From: Thermofilum adornatum
GTDB taxonomy: Archaea; Thermoproteota; Thermoprotei; Thermofilales; Thermofilaceae
NCBI RefSeq assembly: GCF_000446015.1
Contig: NC_022093.1
Span: forward strand, 1 to 32,000
Length of the DNA stretch: 32,000 bases
Direction of reading: 5' to 3'
Shown here: positions 17,360 through 25,176 of the stretch, piece after piece
Layout of the letters: every line of letters starts with the position of its first letter
Position numbering within the stretch: the first letter of the stretch is position 1
Notes under the pieces: generated by a model
What the model was told of the DNA's origin: nothing
Database searches by the model: none
Seen by the model: the letters and a program-made list of their open reading frames with translations, nothing else
Program-made: the position numbers and the translations under genes

Positions 17360-19208
17360 ATTCAAGGGCACCCTCGATTCTTTTAATGATTTCAGAAAAA
17401 ACTTCCCCGAAAGCCTTATAGATAATTCTCGAGAGGTCATACAAAAAGAACAATAGGAAAAATAGCAGGACGAGTGAGGTAATCAACTCCAACAGTTGTC
17501 CTACTTTGGGTATTGTCCTCAACAAGGATGGGACGTAGAGAAGGGCAATTAGGGTTACTCCAAGGTATAAGAGATCGAGCCCGATGTGTTCAGCGACGCT
17601 TTCCGTTATGCCGAGGACACTTGTCATCTTTACCGCTAACGCGTCTACTAGCACCCTTACCCCGTCCAGGACATAGTAGCCATAGTATACGATTGCTAGT
17701 AGCGTGATAGCTGATACAGCTGTGCTCACGTCGATGCTTAGCAACCCAGTTTGTAGCAACGTATATCCGCCGAAGTAAGAATTAACATAGGACAGCACAA
17801 TCAAGACTAAAATTAGCTTGAACCCCTTGCTTCCAGCTCTCTCAAGTTTCCGCGCGATCATTCCCCTTCTCTCAGCGATTTTTGGGAACTCTTCTGCTAA
17901 ACGCAGAGGCTTAGCGGTGCCGATACGAGTACCACTAGAAAGCATGATAACTATGCCTGAGGCAATCCAATATGCCAGTGCTAGGATTTGCTGGTTTATC
18001 ATCACGAGTAACATTGCTAAGAAGAGCTTTACAGCAGGATCAGCAAGGAAAGTTAACGCGGGAGGCCTTATTTCTTCATGCTCAAAAATAACCGAAAGTA
18101 TAGAACTAGTTGCTCCCAAAACTGCGGCAAGGTAAAAGACGTTTGCGTTTATTTCCCCTAGACTGGCAACTAGGAAGTACAGCATACTCATCTCAGCGAG
18201 TGCCTGGCCAATTAAAGCAACATTGCCATAGGCTGGGAAAAGACCATGAAAAGAGACAATGACGTCGATGAAGTCTGTAAGAAAGATTAGGACATAGACA
18301 TATACAGCTAGATACATATATGATGTCTTGAGGGCATCCAAGAATAGAGAAGGGACAAGAGAAAACATTACAAGTAAAAACAAAGACAAAAGTATTGCTC
18401 CAGATGCGTTGTTTCTCTTTAGCTTGCCGGCAAGGTAGCCTGTTAAAGGCCTAACGAGTATTTTCGTTGCCAGACTAGAAGTCTTTCTACCATAGTCACG
18501 TAGGTTTATTTGCTTGTAAATTTTCCTGGCATAGAGCAAGTCGCTAGGCGTATCGATGTCTTTCCACAGAAATCCCGTGACATCTACGTAATCAACTTCT
18601 CCATCCTTTGCGGCCTTGTCGAGGGCATCACCTATAGATGCGTTTATGCCTTTTTCATTGATCACCTCCTCAATGTATCGGCGCGCATTTTCTCGAATGA
18701 TAATCAAGCCGGTATCTATCCCATACCTCGACTCAATGTTTTTGCCAACCTCTACGACTCTTCCTCCCTGCAACTTCACCTTTAGGCCCTCTTTTACCTC
18801 TGAAAGTGAGGGTTTCCTGTCAAGACATATAGTAAAAGCCTTGTTAGAGGAGTGAGTAAGCAACTTTTTCAGCATCTCGAACTCGAAAATGTGGTCGGAC
18901 ATCGCTACAAGAAAAGGAGGATCAACGTTTTTTAACGCCGTGTAAACTGTGTAGAGATTTCCAAACTCTTCAGCATCAATGCTCAAAATTATTGCTTTGT
19001 TTCCAAGCTTCTCCTTAAAGGGAGCAATATTTTCTTTCCTTGTAACCAAGTATATTGGGCTCAGGTTTGCCCTTGTAAACCTCTTAAGAATAAAGTCGAG
19101 GATCGTCACTCCAGGCTCAAGCTCCATTAGAGATTTGGGCCTCTCAAGAGAGTAGGGCTGGAGCCTGCTTGCAATGCCACCTGCGACGATAACCACGGGA
19201 AAAGTCAT
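17346..19208 (-). CDS. nucleotidyltransferase (inositol/sugar-phosphate cytidylyltransferase-like) fused to a polytopic membrane domain
   Basis: 'VVIVAGGIASRLQPYSLERPKSL' NTP-transferase loop, 'VAMSDHIF' and 'LWKDIDTPSDL', followed by about 10 hydrophobic helices. Where the CDP-alcohol motif would sit, the sequence reads 'LTDFIDVIVSF'. Confidence 0.75.
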   Translation of the reverse strand: MTFPVVIVAGGIASRLQPYSLERPKSLMELEPGVTILDFILKRFTRANLSPIYLVTRKENIAPFKEKLGNKAIILSIDAEEFGNLYTVYTALKNVDPPFLVAMSDHIFEFEMLKKLLTHSSNKAFTICLDRKPSLSEVKEGLKVKLQGGRVVEVGKNIESRYGIDTGLIIIRENARRYIEEVINEKGINASIGDALDKAAKDGEVDYVDVTGFLWKDIDTPSDLLYARKIYKQINLRDYGRKTSSLATKILVRPLTGYLAGKLKRNNASGAILLSLFLLVMFSLVPSLFLDALKTSYMYLAVYVYVLIFLTDFIDVIVSFHGLFPAYGNVALIGQALAEMSMLYFLVASLGEINANVFYLAAVLGATSSILSVIFEHEEIRPPALTFLADPAVKLFLAMLLVMINQQILALAYWIASGIVIMLSSGTRIGTAKPLRLAEEFPKIAERRGMIARKLERAGSKGFKLILVLIVLSYVNSYFGGYTLLQTGLLSIDVSTAVSAITLLAIVYYGYYVLDGVRVLVDALAVKMTSVLGITESVAEHIGLDLLYLGVTLIALLYVPSLLRTIPKVGQLLELITSLVLLFFLLFFLYDLSRIIYKAFGEVFSEIIKRIEGALEYESR

Positions 19209-19281
19209 TTTTTCACAAACATGAAACAGGCAAAAAACGTTAAAATAGGTATCGTGGTGAAGGTGTTAAGCCGGCAAGTTG

Positions 19282-19291
19282 ATATTTAAAT
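19282..19291 (+). promoter_or_regulatory. TATA box of the PadR-like gene (leaderless transcript implied)
   Basis: 'ATATTTAAAT', centred about 30 nt upstream of the ATG at 19317. Confidence 0.45.
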
Positions 19292-19316
19292 GTAGGAACT
19301 TATTGAAGCACACGGT

Positions 19317-19652
19317 ATGATTGTAAGCAGGAGCGTTAAGCCACTTGAGAGACTTAAGAGGAAAACAGGCGTAGAGAATCTATGGCTGTACGTCTTGGCT
19401 GAACTATCAAGAGGTGAGGATTACCCGTATTCGCTTATCAAGAGGATAAGGGAAGACTTTGGGGTAACGGCTGGGAAAGTCATCTTCTACGTTGTGACGC
19501 AGAAGCTTGAGGAAGAGGGCTTGATAAGGAGCCACTACGTCGAGAGGAGAAAGTACTTCGCGATAACTGAACAGGGCAGAGAGGTGCTAAGACAGGGGAT
19601 TAGCTATTTGAAGGAGCTTTCCGAGAGACTCCACATTGTCTCTGGTATATGA
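19317..19652 (+). CDS. PadR-family winged-helix transcriptional regulator
   Basis: 'ENLWLYVLAELSRGEDYPYSLIKRIREDFG...VIFYVVTQKLEEEGLI' fits the PadR wHTH pattern. Confidence 0.8.
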   Translation: MIVSRSVKPLERLKRKTGVENLWLYVLAELSRGEDYPYSLIKRIREDFGVTAGKVIFYVVTQKLEEEGLIRSHYVERRKYFAITEQGREVLRQGISYLKELSERLHIVSGI

Positions 19653-19749
19653 TTTTGCCTTTAGCAAATATCTTCCCGCCATATTGCTTTGGACTTCGCT
19701 AGAAAAATTCTTGAGCCTGTAAGCCTAGTTAACACCTTAGGTGAACTAA

Positions 19750-20124
19750 TTGATCCTTGTAATTCGTGGAGTTGACAATAAAAAGCTTCGGGAATTTAAG
19801 GCGGAGGCTAAAAGGCGTGGTTTAAGTCTTTCACAGGCACTCGAGGAGGCTATAGAGCTGTGGCTAAAGAAGGTAGAAGCAGACGAGAATAACGCTGCCT
19901 ACGAGCGGGAGAAAAACAGGCTCAAAGAATATTACGGAAAATACGCTGTATTTGCCTACGGGAAGCTCTTAGGGGTTTACGAGACGCTGGAAGATGTCAC
20001 AGAGACCCTGAAGAAACTTTCGCAAAGACCTAGACATTCAATAGTTGTAAGGATAGGCATAGATGATGCAGCGAGGGCGGAAATGGAATGGTGGGGAGGA
20101 TCTTTATCCAAATCAAAACTTTAA
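19750..20124 (+). CDS. ribbon-helix-helix (antitoxin-like) protein with a DUF5678-like C-terminal domain
   Basis: TTG start. 'ILVIRGVDNKKLREFKAEAKRRGLSLSQALEEAIELWL' has the RHH beta-strand/helix/helix layout. 'YYGKYAVFAYGKLLGVYETLEDV' resembles DUF5678. Domain names are from memory. Confidence 0.55.
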   Translation: MILVIRGVDNKKLREFKAEAKRRGLSLSQALEEAIELWLKKVEADENNAAYEREKNRLKEYYGKYAVFAYGKLLGVYETLEDVTETLKKLSQRPRHSIVVRIGIDDAARAEMEWWGGSLSKSKL

Positions 20125-20237
20125 GTCCTCCCATTGGTTCTTTCGGGAAGAATCTGTATCGGAGCTAGACCCACCCGTACATGTTGAAAAACCTTTCTGT
20201 AAAATAGCGATCAACTGAGGGACCACGGCTCGTAGAT

Positions 20238-20891
20238 TTATTGGGACATGGCTCTATGCAGTTTTTGTACGTAGAGCTCTCGTTCAAGTGTTTCGGCTTC
20301 TCGGGGCAACGGGTGGACCCCGCCTATAAGCATAGAGTATACTGCCACCTTTGCCGCCCGCTCCACGTAGCCCAAAACGGCTAGAGCCTCTTCGAGGCTT
20401 GAGCCACACGCGACTACGCCGTGGTTGGCAAGTATGACTGCCTTCTTGTCTCCGAGCGCCTCCACAGCGTTCCTAGCCAACTCCTCTGTACCCGACGGCG
20501 CGTAGCTTGCCACCCTTATCGTCCCACCAACATAGAAGGTCAGCTCCTCGAGGACGGGCTCTATGTCTACACGCTTCGCCGCTATTATCCCGGCATATAT
20601 TGGGTGAGCGTGGACAACGGCTTTTACGTCCCTCCTAGCCCTATAGATAGCAACGTGGGTCTTGAACTCTACAGACGGCTTCCCGTTACCCTCCAGCACT
20701 TTTCCGTCTCCAGTAACGAGGAGAACGTCTTCCGGCTTCATCCTCGCCTTCCAGACACCGCTAGGAGAAAGAAGGAAAAGGTCTTCGCCCACCCTTACGC
20801 TGATGTTCCCGCTGTAGGCCCAGTTCATCCCATGCTCTTCGAGGAAAACAAACGCCTCGACAATCTCCCTCTTGAGATCCTCGTAAGCCAT
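20238..20891 (-). CDS. class II aldolase/adducin-family protein (L-fuculose-phosphate aldolase-like)
   Basis: 'GNISVR', 'KPSVEFKTHVAIY' and 'VVHAHPIYAG' match the class II aldolase metal-site pattern. Confidence 0.85.
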   Translation of the reverse strand: MAYEDLKREIVEAFVFLEEHGMNWAYSGNISVRVGEDLFLLSPSGVWKARMKPEDVLLVTGDGKVLEGNGKPSVEFKTHVAIYRARRDVKAVVHAHPIYAGIIAAKRVDIEPVLEELTFYVGGTIRVASYAPSGTEELARNAVEALGDKKAVILANHGVVACGSSLEEALAVLGYVERAAKVAVYSMLIGGVHPLPREAETLERELYVQKLHRAMSQ

Positions 20892-21358
20892 ATTAGAAGT
20901 AAAGATGTTATCCTATATAGGTTTACCGTTGATCCGCTGAGCAGTACTCCTAAGAGCAATCCAGATTCTCATAGGTAAGTCCAAGAAGAAGATATAATAT
21001 GCTGTGCTCAAATTTATAAGTAGCTATGCGTGAAAAACCCTCGGGATAGACAAGAGTGAAGCGCGCGCTCGTGCTTGTCACTGATTGAAGATATTTAAAA
21101 ATTGCGAAGAAAGCGGAACTTTCCTTTTTACAGGGCTAGCGGTTTAGAGTTTTGGATCTAGCTAGTAGAAAGAAGGACATGCAGGCATGGCTGGAAGGCT
21201 AATTATTTATGAGTACTTAAAAATTATGTTGGTGCTTGAAGGTTGGCCAAGACAGTTGCTAACAATTAGCCCCTAATGAGACCATGTATTTTCAACTAAA
21301 TAATTTTAGCCATAACCAGCCCTAAAAATTCAGATAGGATGAAAGTTAGTCCACATAT

Positions 21359-22219
21359 CTAGCGAGACACGTTTTCCCGGCTTTCCTTTACTCGGCCCTT
21401 GTCCCCCGCTAAACTAGAAACATTTATCACACCGTAGCCAGCGGTCCTGTTACCGCCGACATTGGTGATTTCTCCGAGCCTCAGGAGCCCGGCTATCAGC
21501 TTCTTGGCGCTTGTAGAGGCGTCCTTCTTGAACCTCAGCCTGACCCAGCCCGTGAACCCGTTGGGGGCCGGCTTGGAGGCCTCCATCCTGGGCGTCCTGA
21601 TTTCTAGCCCGCTTATGTAGACCTTCTCAGCTAGCTCGCTGGGCTTGGGAAAGCCCTGGCCCGTCAGGTCGTGGGCAACAGCTACTAGGCTTGCAAAGAG
21701 GTGCTCGGGGTCCGGGTAGAGGACTTTGTAGCTCTGGTCGCCCCTAAGGGGGTTGAAGTACGTCGGCGTGAGAAAACGCACGTCCAGAGACTCCGGCGCG
21801 TCCTCGCCACTAATCACGCTCGATGGGTCGATAATCCTAATAGAGAGGCCGACAAGCCCAAACTCGACCCCGTTCACCTCTAGCCCCAGCGGACTAGTCG
21901 CGAGAATAGACACAAGCCGCCTAGAAGCCTCCTCGTCAAAAACCGCAACCTCCAGGCTACACCTAGCCCCCCTCTCAAAAACAACGCCCCCAAAAGAGGA
22001 CCCAGACTCTACAACACTGTAGCCAGACAAGAAACGCAGAGGCTTAAGAGAAAAAACAGACCTCCCACCCCTCCCCGAATGCAACAACTCAGACAGCCCA
22101 GAGTCAAGCCGTCTAACCATCCCCAGGAAAGCCCCACGGCTCTCTGCCCCAGCAAACACTGGAAGAGAGCCCCCACCCCCAGCAGAAAACTCGAAAACAA
22201 AATACACGATCGAAACCAT
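21359..22219 (-). CDS. cas6: CRISPR-associated endoribonuclease Cas6
   Basis: 'FLTPTYF' and 'PDPEHLFASLV', plus the C-terminal glycine-rich loop 'GEITNVGGNRTAGYGV'. The start is set at Met22 (22219), with the TATA-like 'GTTTAAAGTTTTTA' about 33 nt upstream. The gene lies directly downstream of the array on the same strand. Confidence 0.85.
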   Translation of the reverse strand: MVSIVYFVFEFSAGGGGSLPVFAGAESRGAFLGMVRRLDSGLSELLHSGRGGRSVFSLKPLRFLSGYSVVESGSSFGGVVFERGARCSLEVAVFDEEASRRLVSILATSPLGLEVNGVEFGLVGLSIRIIDPSSVISGEDAPESLDVRFLTPTYFNPLRGDQSYKVLYPDPEHLFASLVAVAHDLTGQGFPKPSELAEKVYISGLEIRTPRMEASKPAPNGFTGWVRLRFKKDASTSAKKLIAGLLRLGEITNVGGNRTAGYGVINVSSLAGDKGRVKESRENVSR

Positions 22220-22300
22220 ATAAAGCAATACACACTCCCACAATAAAAACTTTAAACAAAACTCAATCGACAAAGCTAGCATAATCTAAGACCAAGCCAC

Positions 22301-22456
22301 CTTTCAATTCATTCTTTTCTGATACATGCAAACATAGGAATAGAGGGCTGGAACGAATTATTCGTCTTTCAATTCATTCTTTTCTGATACTTCGACGATA
22401 TGCTTGACGCCGCATTCAGAGCATTCTTTACCTTTCAATTCATTCTTTTCTGATAC
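22301..22456 (-). CRISPR. mini CRISPR array, 3 identical 25-nt repeats and 2 spacers
   Basis: Repeats at 22301-22325, 22366-22390 and 22432-22456 read CTTTCAATTCATTCTTTTCTGATAC on the plus strand, which is GTATCAGAAAAGAATGAATTGAAAG on the minus strand. Spacers are 40 and 41 nt. The ATTGAAAG 3' end sets the transcription direction to the minus strand. Confidence 0.92.
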
Positions 22457-22715
22457 TGTTTCTTTGGGGTTTATTTTGTTTGGGTGTTATTTATTTGTTT
22501 GTGTGTTGTGTGAAAGTGTTTTTATGTCAAAGTTTTCCATGGAATATATTAGCTTTGTTTTAGTTTTCCAATTGTGAGTTATAAATGATATGGATCGGGA
22601 AGAGAGGCCAGGGAAGAATGTATTTTCAGAAATGGCTTCTTCCCGTAGGCTATTAACTTTTCCCGTGGAAATCGTTTCTACAGAGATTTCTAGGGGAAAC
22701 ATTTCCTCCCACCCC
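22457..22715 (-). promoter_or_regulatory. CRISPR leader A, with TATA-like box near the first repeat
   Basis: A/T-rich, non-coding and abutting the leader-proximal repeat. The minus strand reads AAATAAATAA (22487-22496), about 35 nt from the repeat. The whole segment recurs as an inverted copy at 23164-23421. Confidence 0.7.
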
Positions 22716-22869
22716 GTATCACGACAGAAAAACCTCTGTTATTCACTTTCCATTTATTTCTTATTTTTATCTTAGGAGATGATGACTGTCTGGTTAGAGC
22801 GGAGGACAAGGTATACATTTGGGGTTATGGGGCACAGCTATTTGTTGATACTGGTTCAGGGCGGTTTTT

Positions 22870-23148
22870 TCACCATTTGGCTTTGAAGGGTGTGTATGGG
22901 GCTTGGTCCCTAATTGCCCTTGCAAACATCCCGGCCTGCGTCAAGACGAGCTACTGTATTGGCGGTTTCGCCGTCTTCATGTTTTCATTTAGGAGCCTCC
23001 ACACATGCTTCACAGATTCTGACTTCTTTTCACCGTCTTCTGAGAGGAGGTTTGCCAGGCTTGAGGGATTTGTCCTGGCAAGCTTTATCAGGGGCCTGTC
23101 GACGGCTATGGGTCTGAATTCCTCCATGAGGTCTAGTACTAGGCTCAT
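22870..23148 (-). pseudogene. cas1: cas1 relic (C-terminal third only, interrupted by an in-frame TAG)
   Basis: '[17 protein letters not shown]' matches the conserved Cas1 helix/active-site segment. Reading through the TAG at 22951-22953 continues in frame as 'LVLTQAGMFARAIRDQAPYTPFKAKW*', a Cas1-like C-terminus. The N-terminal two thirds or so are absent. Confidence 0.7.
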
Positions 23149-23163
23149 CCTGCCTGGCCTACG

Positions 23164-23421
23164 GGCGTGGAGGAAAGAGTTCCCCTAGAAATCTCTGTAG
23201 AAATGTTTTCTACGGGAAGCCTTAACGTTTTATGGGAAGTAGACTTTTTGTAAAATAAGTTCTTCCCTGGCCTCTCTTCCCGATCCATATCATTTACCAT
23301 GCACAATGAGAAAACTAATGAAAAATTAATACTTCCAATGGGAAACACTTACACAAAAACACTTTCACACAACAGAGAAACAAATAAATAACACCAATAC
23401 AAAATAAACCACTGGGAAACA
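23164..23421 (+). promoter_or_regulatory. CRISPR leader B (inverted copy of leader A)
   Basis: By eye, roughly 75-85% identical to the reverse complement of 22457-22715. This includes the AAATAAATAA box (about 23383-23392) and the GAAACA junction with the repeat. Confidence 0.7.
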
Positions 23422-23446
23422 GTATCAGAAACGAATGAATTGAAAG
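23422..23446 (+). CRISPR. solitary CRISPR repeat following leader B
   Basis: GTATCAGAAACGAATGAATTGAAAG differs from the array repeat at one position (A to C at repeat nt 11). No second repeat is found 60-70 nt downstream. Confidence 0.75.
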
Positions 23447-23681
23447 GGACGGAGAAGCAACTGGTGCGTGGGGTGCTGTTCAGGTGTCTACATGGTGATA
23501 TAAGCGGGCTTAGCTTATATGAAGCACCGGCACATCAGTATGTGTCAATGGAGGAATGATGTATCAGTGCGTTTTCGAGAAAAAATGCCAAAGTAATGGG
23601 ATTGCCTTTGCGTTGAATAGTAGAGAAGTAGAGACTGCTGGTTGTATAGGAAAACAAGCATCTTACTGTGGGGCTTTTGAT

Positions 23682-24077
23682 CTATTTATTGCAGGGTCCA
23701 GCGCGTGCCAAGAGAGCATCGGCTATTAGTCCTAGGCCGAAGCCAAGTATTAGGCCTGCCAACAAGTTGTTGAAAAGGATTCCGAGGCCAAACCCAACGA
23801 TTATAAAGCTGGCCCACAAATTTTCTCTCATACGTGGCGACTTGTTATCCTTCTCGCCGCTTATAGTAAGCACAAGTGCGGGCCCTTCGAGCTTCTCGAC
23901 AACATAGACTAGGAGACCTATGCCTAGGCCCACAAGGATAAAGCCAAGAAGCATTAGCAACTCTGCTTGGCTATATGTGCCGAGTAGCCCTAGACCAAGG
24001 AACAAAAGGACAAAGCCGCCAATTATTGCCGCCGCGTCCCATATAGGGATTTTACGCTTCTCCCCAGTGCTCTGCAC
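23682..24077 (-). CDS. small integral membrane protein (about 4 TM), unknown function
   Basis: Four G/L/I-rich hydrophobic helices separated by short charged loops. No recognised motif. Confidence 0.55.
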   Translation of the reverse strand: MQSTGEKRKIPIWDAAAIIGGFVLLFLGLGLLGTYSQAELLMLLGFILVGLGIGLLVYVVEKLEGPALVLTISGEKDNKSPRMRENLWASFIIVGFGLGILFNNLLAGLILGFGLGLIADALLARAGPCNK

Positions 24078-24158
24078 AATTTTGATTTTCTATGCAGATA
24101 ATATAAATTTTTTCTAAAATGCTTTCTCTTTTGAAAAAATATAGAGCGATGGTGAGTG

Positions 24159-25151
24159 TTAAAAGAGCTTCCAGAGTTCCTCGGCTATGGGTAGCCCTAT
24201 TTCTATTTTTTCTCCGGTCTTTTTTACGAGTAGGCTGTGCCCGTTTTTCTTGAATTCGCCTATGATTGTTGCTTTTACTCCCTCCTTTTGTAGCCTTTCT
24301 ATGAGTATTGGGGCTGATTCTGGCTGGACTGCGATTAGGAGTGTGCCCGAGCTTATGAGCCCCAGTGCGTCTAGGCCGAGGGCTCTGCATATTTGTGCTG
24401 TTTCTCTTCTTAGTGGTATCTTTTCCTCGTATAGGACCACGCTGAGCCTAGAGGCGTATGCTATTTCTAGGGCCGCGGCGAGGATGCCTCCCTCGGTGGC
24501 GTCGTGCATTGCGTGGACCCCGTGGACCTGGGCCGCTGTTAGGGCTTCTTTTACGACGCTTATCTCGTGTATGAAGTTTTTGGCGTTCTCGAGGATTGAC
24601 TTGTCTATTTTGCCTAGCAGCTTGTCGTGGAAGTCTGTGGCTATGATTGATGTGCCTTCTAGTGCCGCGTCTTTTGTCGCTACGAGTAGGTCTCCGTCCC
24701 GTCCCCCGCTAGTCGTGAAGAACTTTTCCTTTTCGCCGACCCCGAAGGCCGTTGTAATGATTATTGGCCTGTCGAGTCCCGGGGTTATCTCGGTGTGTCC
24801 CCCTATAACGGTTGCGTCTATCTCGTCAGCGGCGCTCCTTATCTGGCTGGCCAGCTTTTTTAGTTGTTCCCTGGAAAAGGTTTGGGGCAACAGTAGGGTT
24901 GTGACTAGCCAGCTTGGCTTGACTCCCCTCGTGGCTATGTCGTTTGCGACGACGTGGACGGATAGCCAGCCCGCGAGCTCGGAGGCGCCCGTTATCGGGT
25001 CGCTGTGTGTTACGAGGACCTTGTCTCCTAGGTCTACTATTGCCGCGTCTTCTCCAATGGCTGGGCCTAGGAGGACGCTTGGGTCCCGGCGAGTGAGAAT
25101 TCCCAGCAGCTCTGATAGTTCTTCTTGGGAGAGTTTACCGTAAGGCTTCAT
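24159..25151 (-). CDS. AIR synthase-related (PurM/HypE/SelD-fold) ATP-dependent enzyme
   Basis: 'GEDAAIVDLGDKVLVTHSDPITG', 'GGHTEITPG' and 'MHDATEGGILAAALE' match PurM-superfamily motifs. Confidence 0.8.
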   Translation of the reverse strand: MKPYGKLSQEELSELLGILTRRDPSVLLGPAIGEDAAIVDLGDKVLVTHSDPITGASELAGWLSVHVVANDIATRGVKPSWLVTTLLLPQTFSREQLKKLASQIRSAADEIDATVIGGHTEITPGLDRPIIITTAFGVGEKEKFFTTSGGRDGDLLVATKDAALEGTSIIATDFHDKLLGKIDKSILENAKNFIHEISVVKEALTAAQVHGVHAMHDATEGGILAAALEIAYASRLSVVLYEEKIPLRRETAQICRALGLDALGLISSGTLLIAVQPESAPILIERLQKEGVKATIIGEFKKNGHSLLVKKTGEKIEIGLPIAEELWKLF

Positions 25152-25176
25152 CTAGGACGCCTATCCCTCTTTCGTG

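Noticed and set aside
22250-22274. Possible degenerate fourth (terminal) repeat, 'CTTTAAACAAAACTCAATCGACAAA'
   Set aside because: Only the first 4 nt and a few scattered positions match. The implied spacer would be 26 nt rather than 40-41. The segment more plausibly contains the cas6 TATA box.
22220-22282. N-terminal extensions of listed ORFs (cas6 to 22282, RecA-like gene to 12173, vapB to 31958, AbrB gene to 27550, HAD gene from 30681)
   Set aside because: The extensions are hydrophobic or low-complexity and run through TATA-like boxes. Internal Met codons sit 25-35 nt downstream of those boxes and align with the expected domain starts.
22590-22775. Small ORFs beginning MDREERPGKN in both leaders (22590-22775 plus strand, 23145-23348 minus strand)
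   Set aside because: The conservation between the copies consists of two blocks that are 100% identical at the nucleotide level. These are separated by sequence that has diverged at all codon positions, with no synonymous bias. That pattern fits DNA/RNA elements of the leader better than a protein. A real micro-protein cannot be excluded without expression data.
22877-23188. Plus-strand ORFs of 103 and 67 aa between the leaders
   Set aside because: They are antisense to the segment with a clear Cas1 motif match and have no motifs of their own.
23408-23421. 'CCACTGGGAAAC' next to repeat B, resembling an origin recognition box half-site
   Set aside because: The match is imperfect and occurs once only. 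It is absent from the homologous position of leader A, and no cdc6/orc1 gene or unwinding-element context is present.
23561-23585. 'GTATCAG...' downstream of the solitary repeat, as a possible second repeat
   Set aside because: Only the first 7 nt match the repeat, and the 140-nt offset does not fit the 65-66 nt repeat period.
24187-25143. 318-aa plus-strand ORF fully antisense to the PurM-like gene
   Set aside because: Its composition is low-complexity and rich in Ser, Pro and Ala, with no motifs. The opposite strand carries clear PurM-superfamily motifs (GEDAAIV, DPITG, HDATEGG). The open frame is a by-product of the strong G/T skew.
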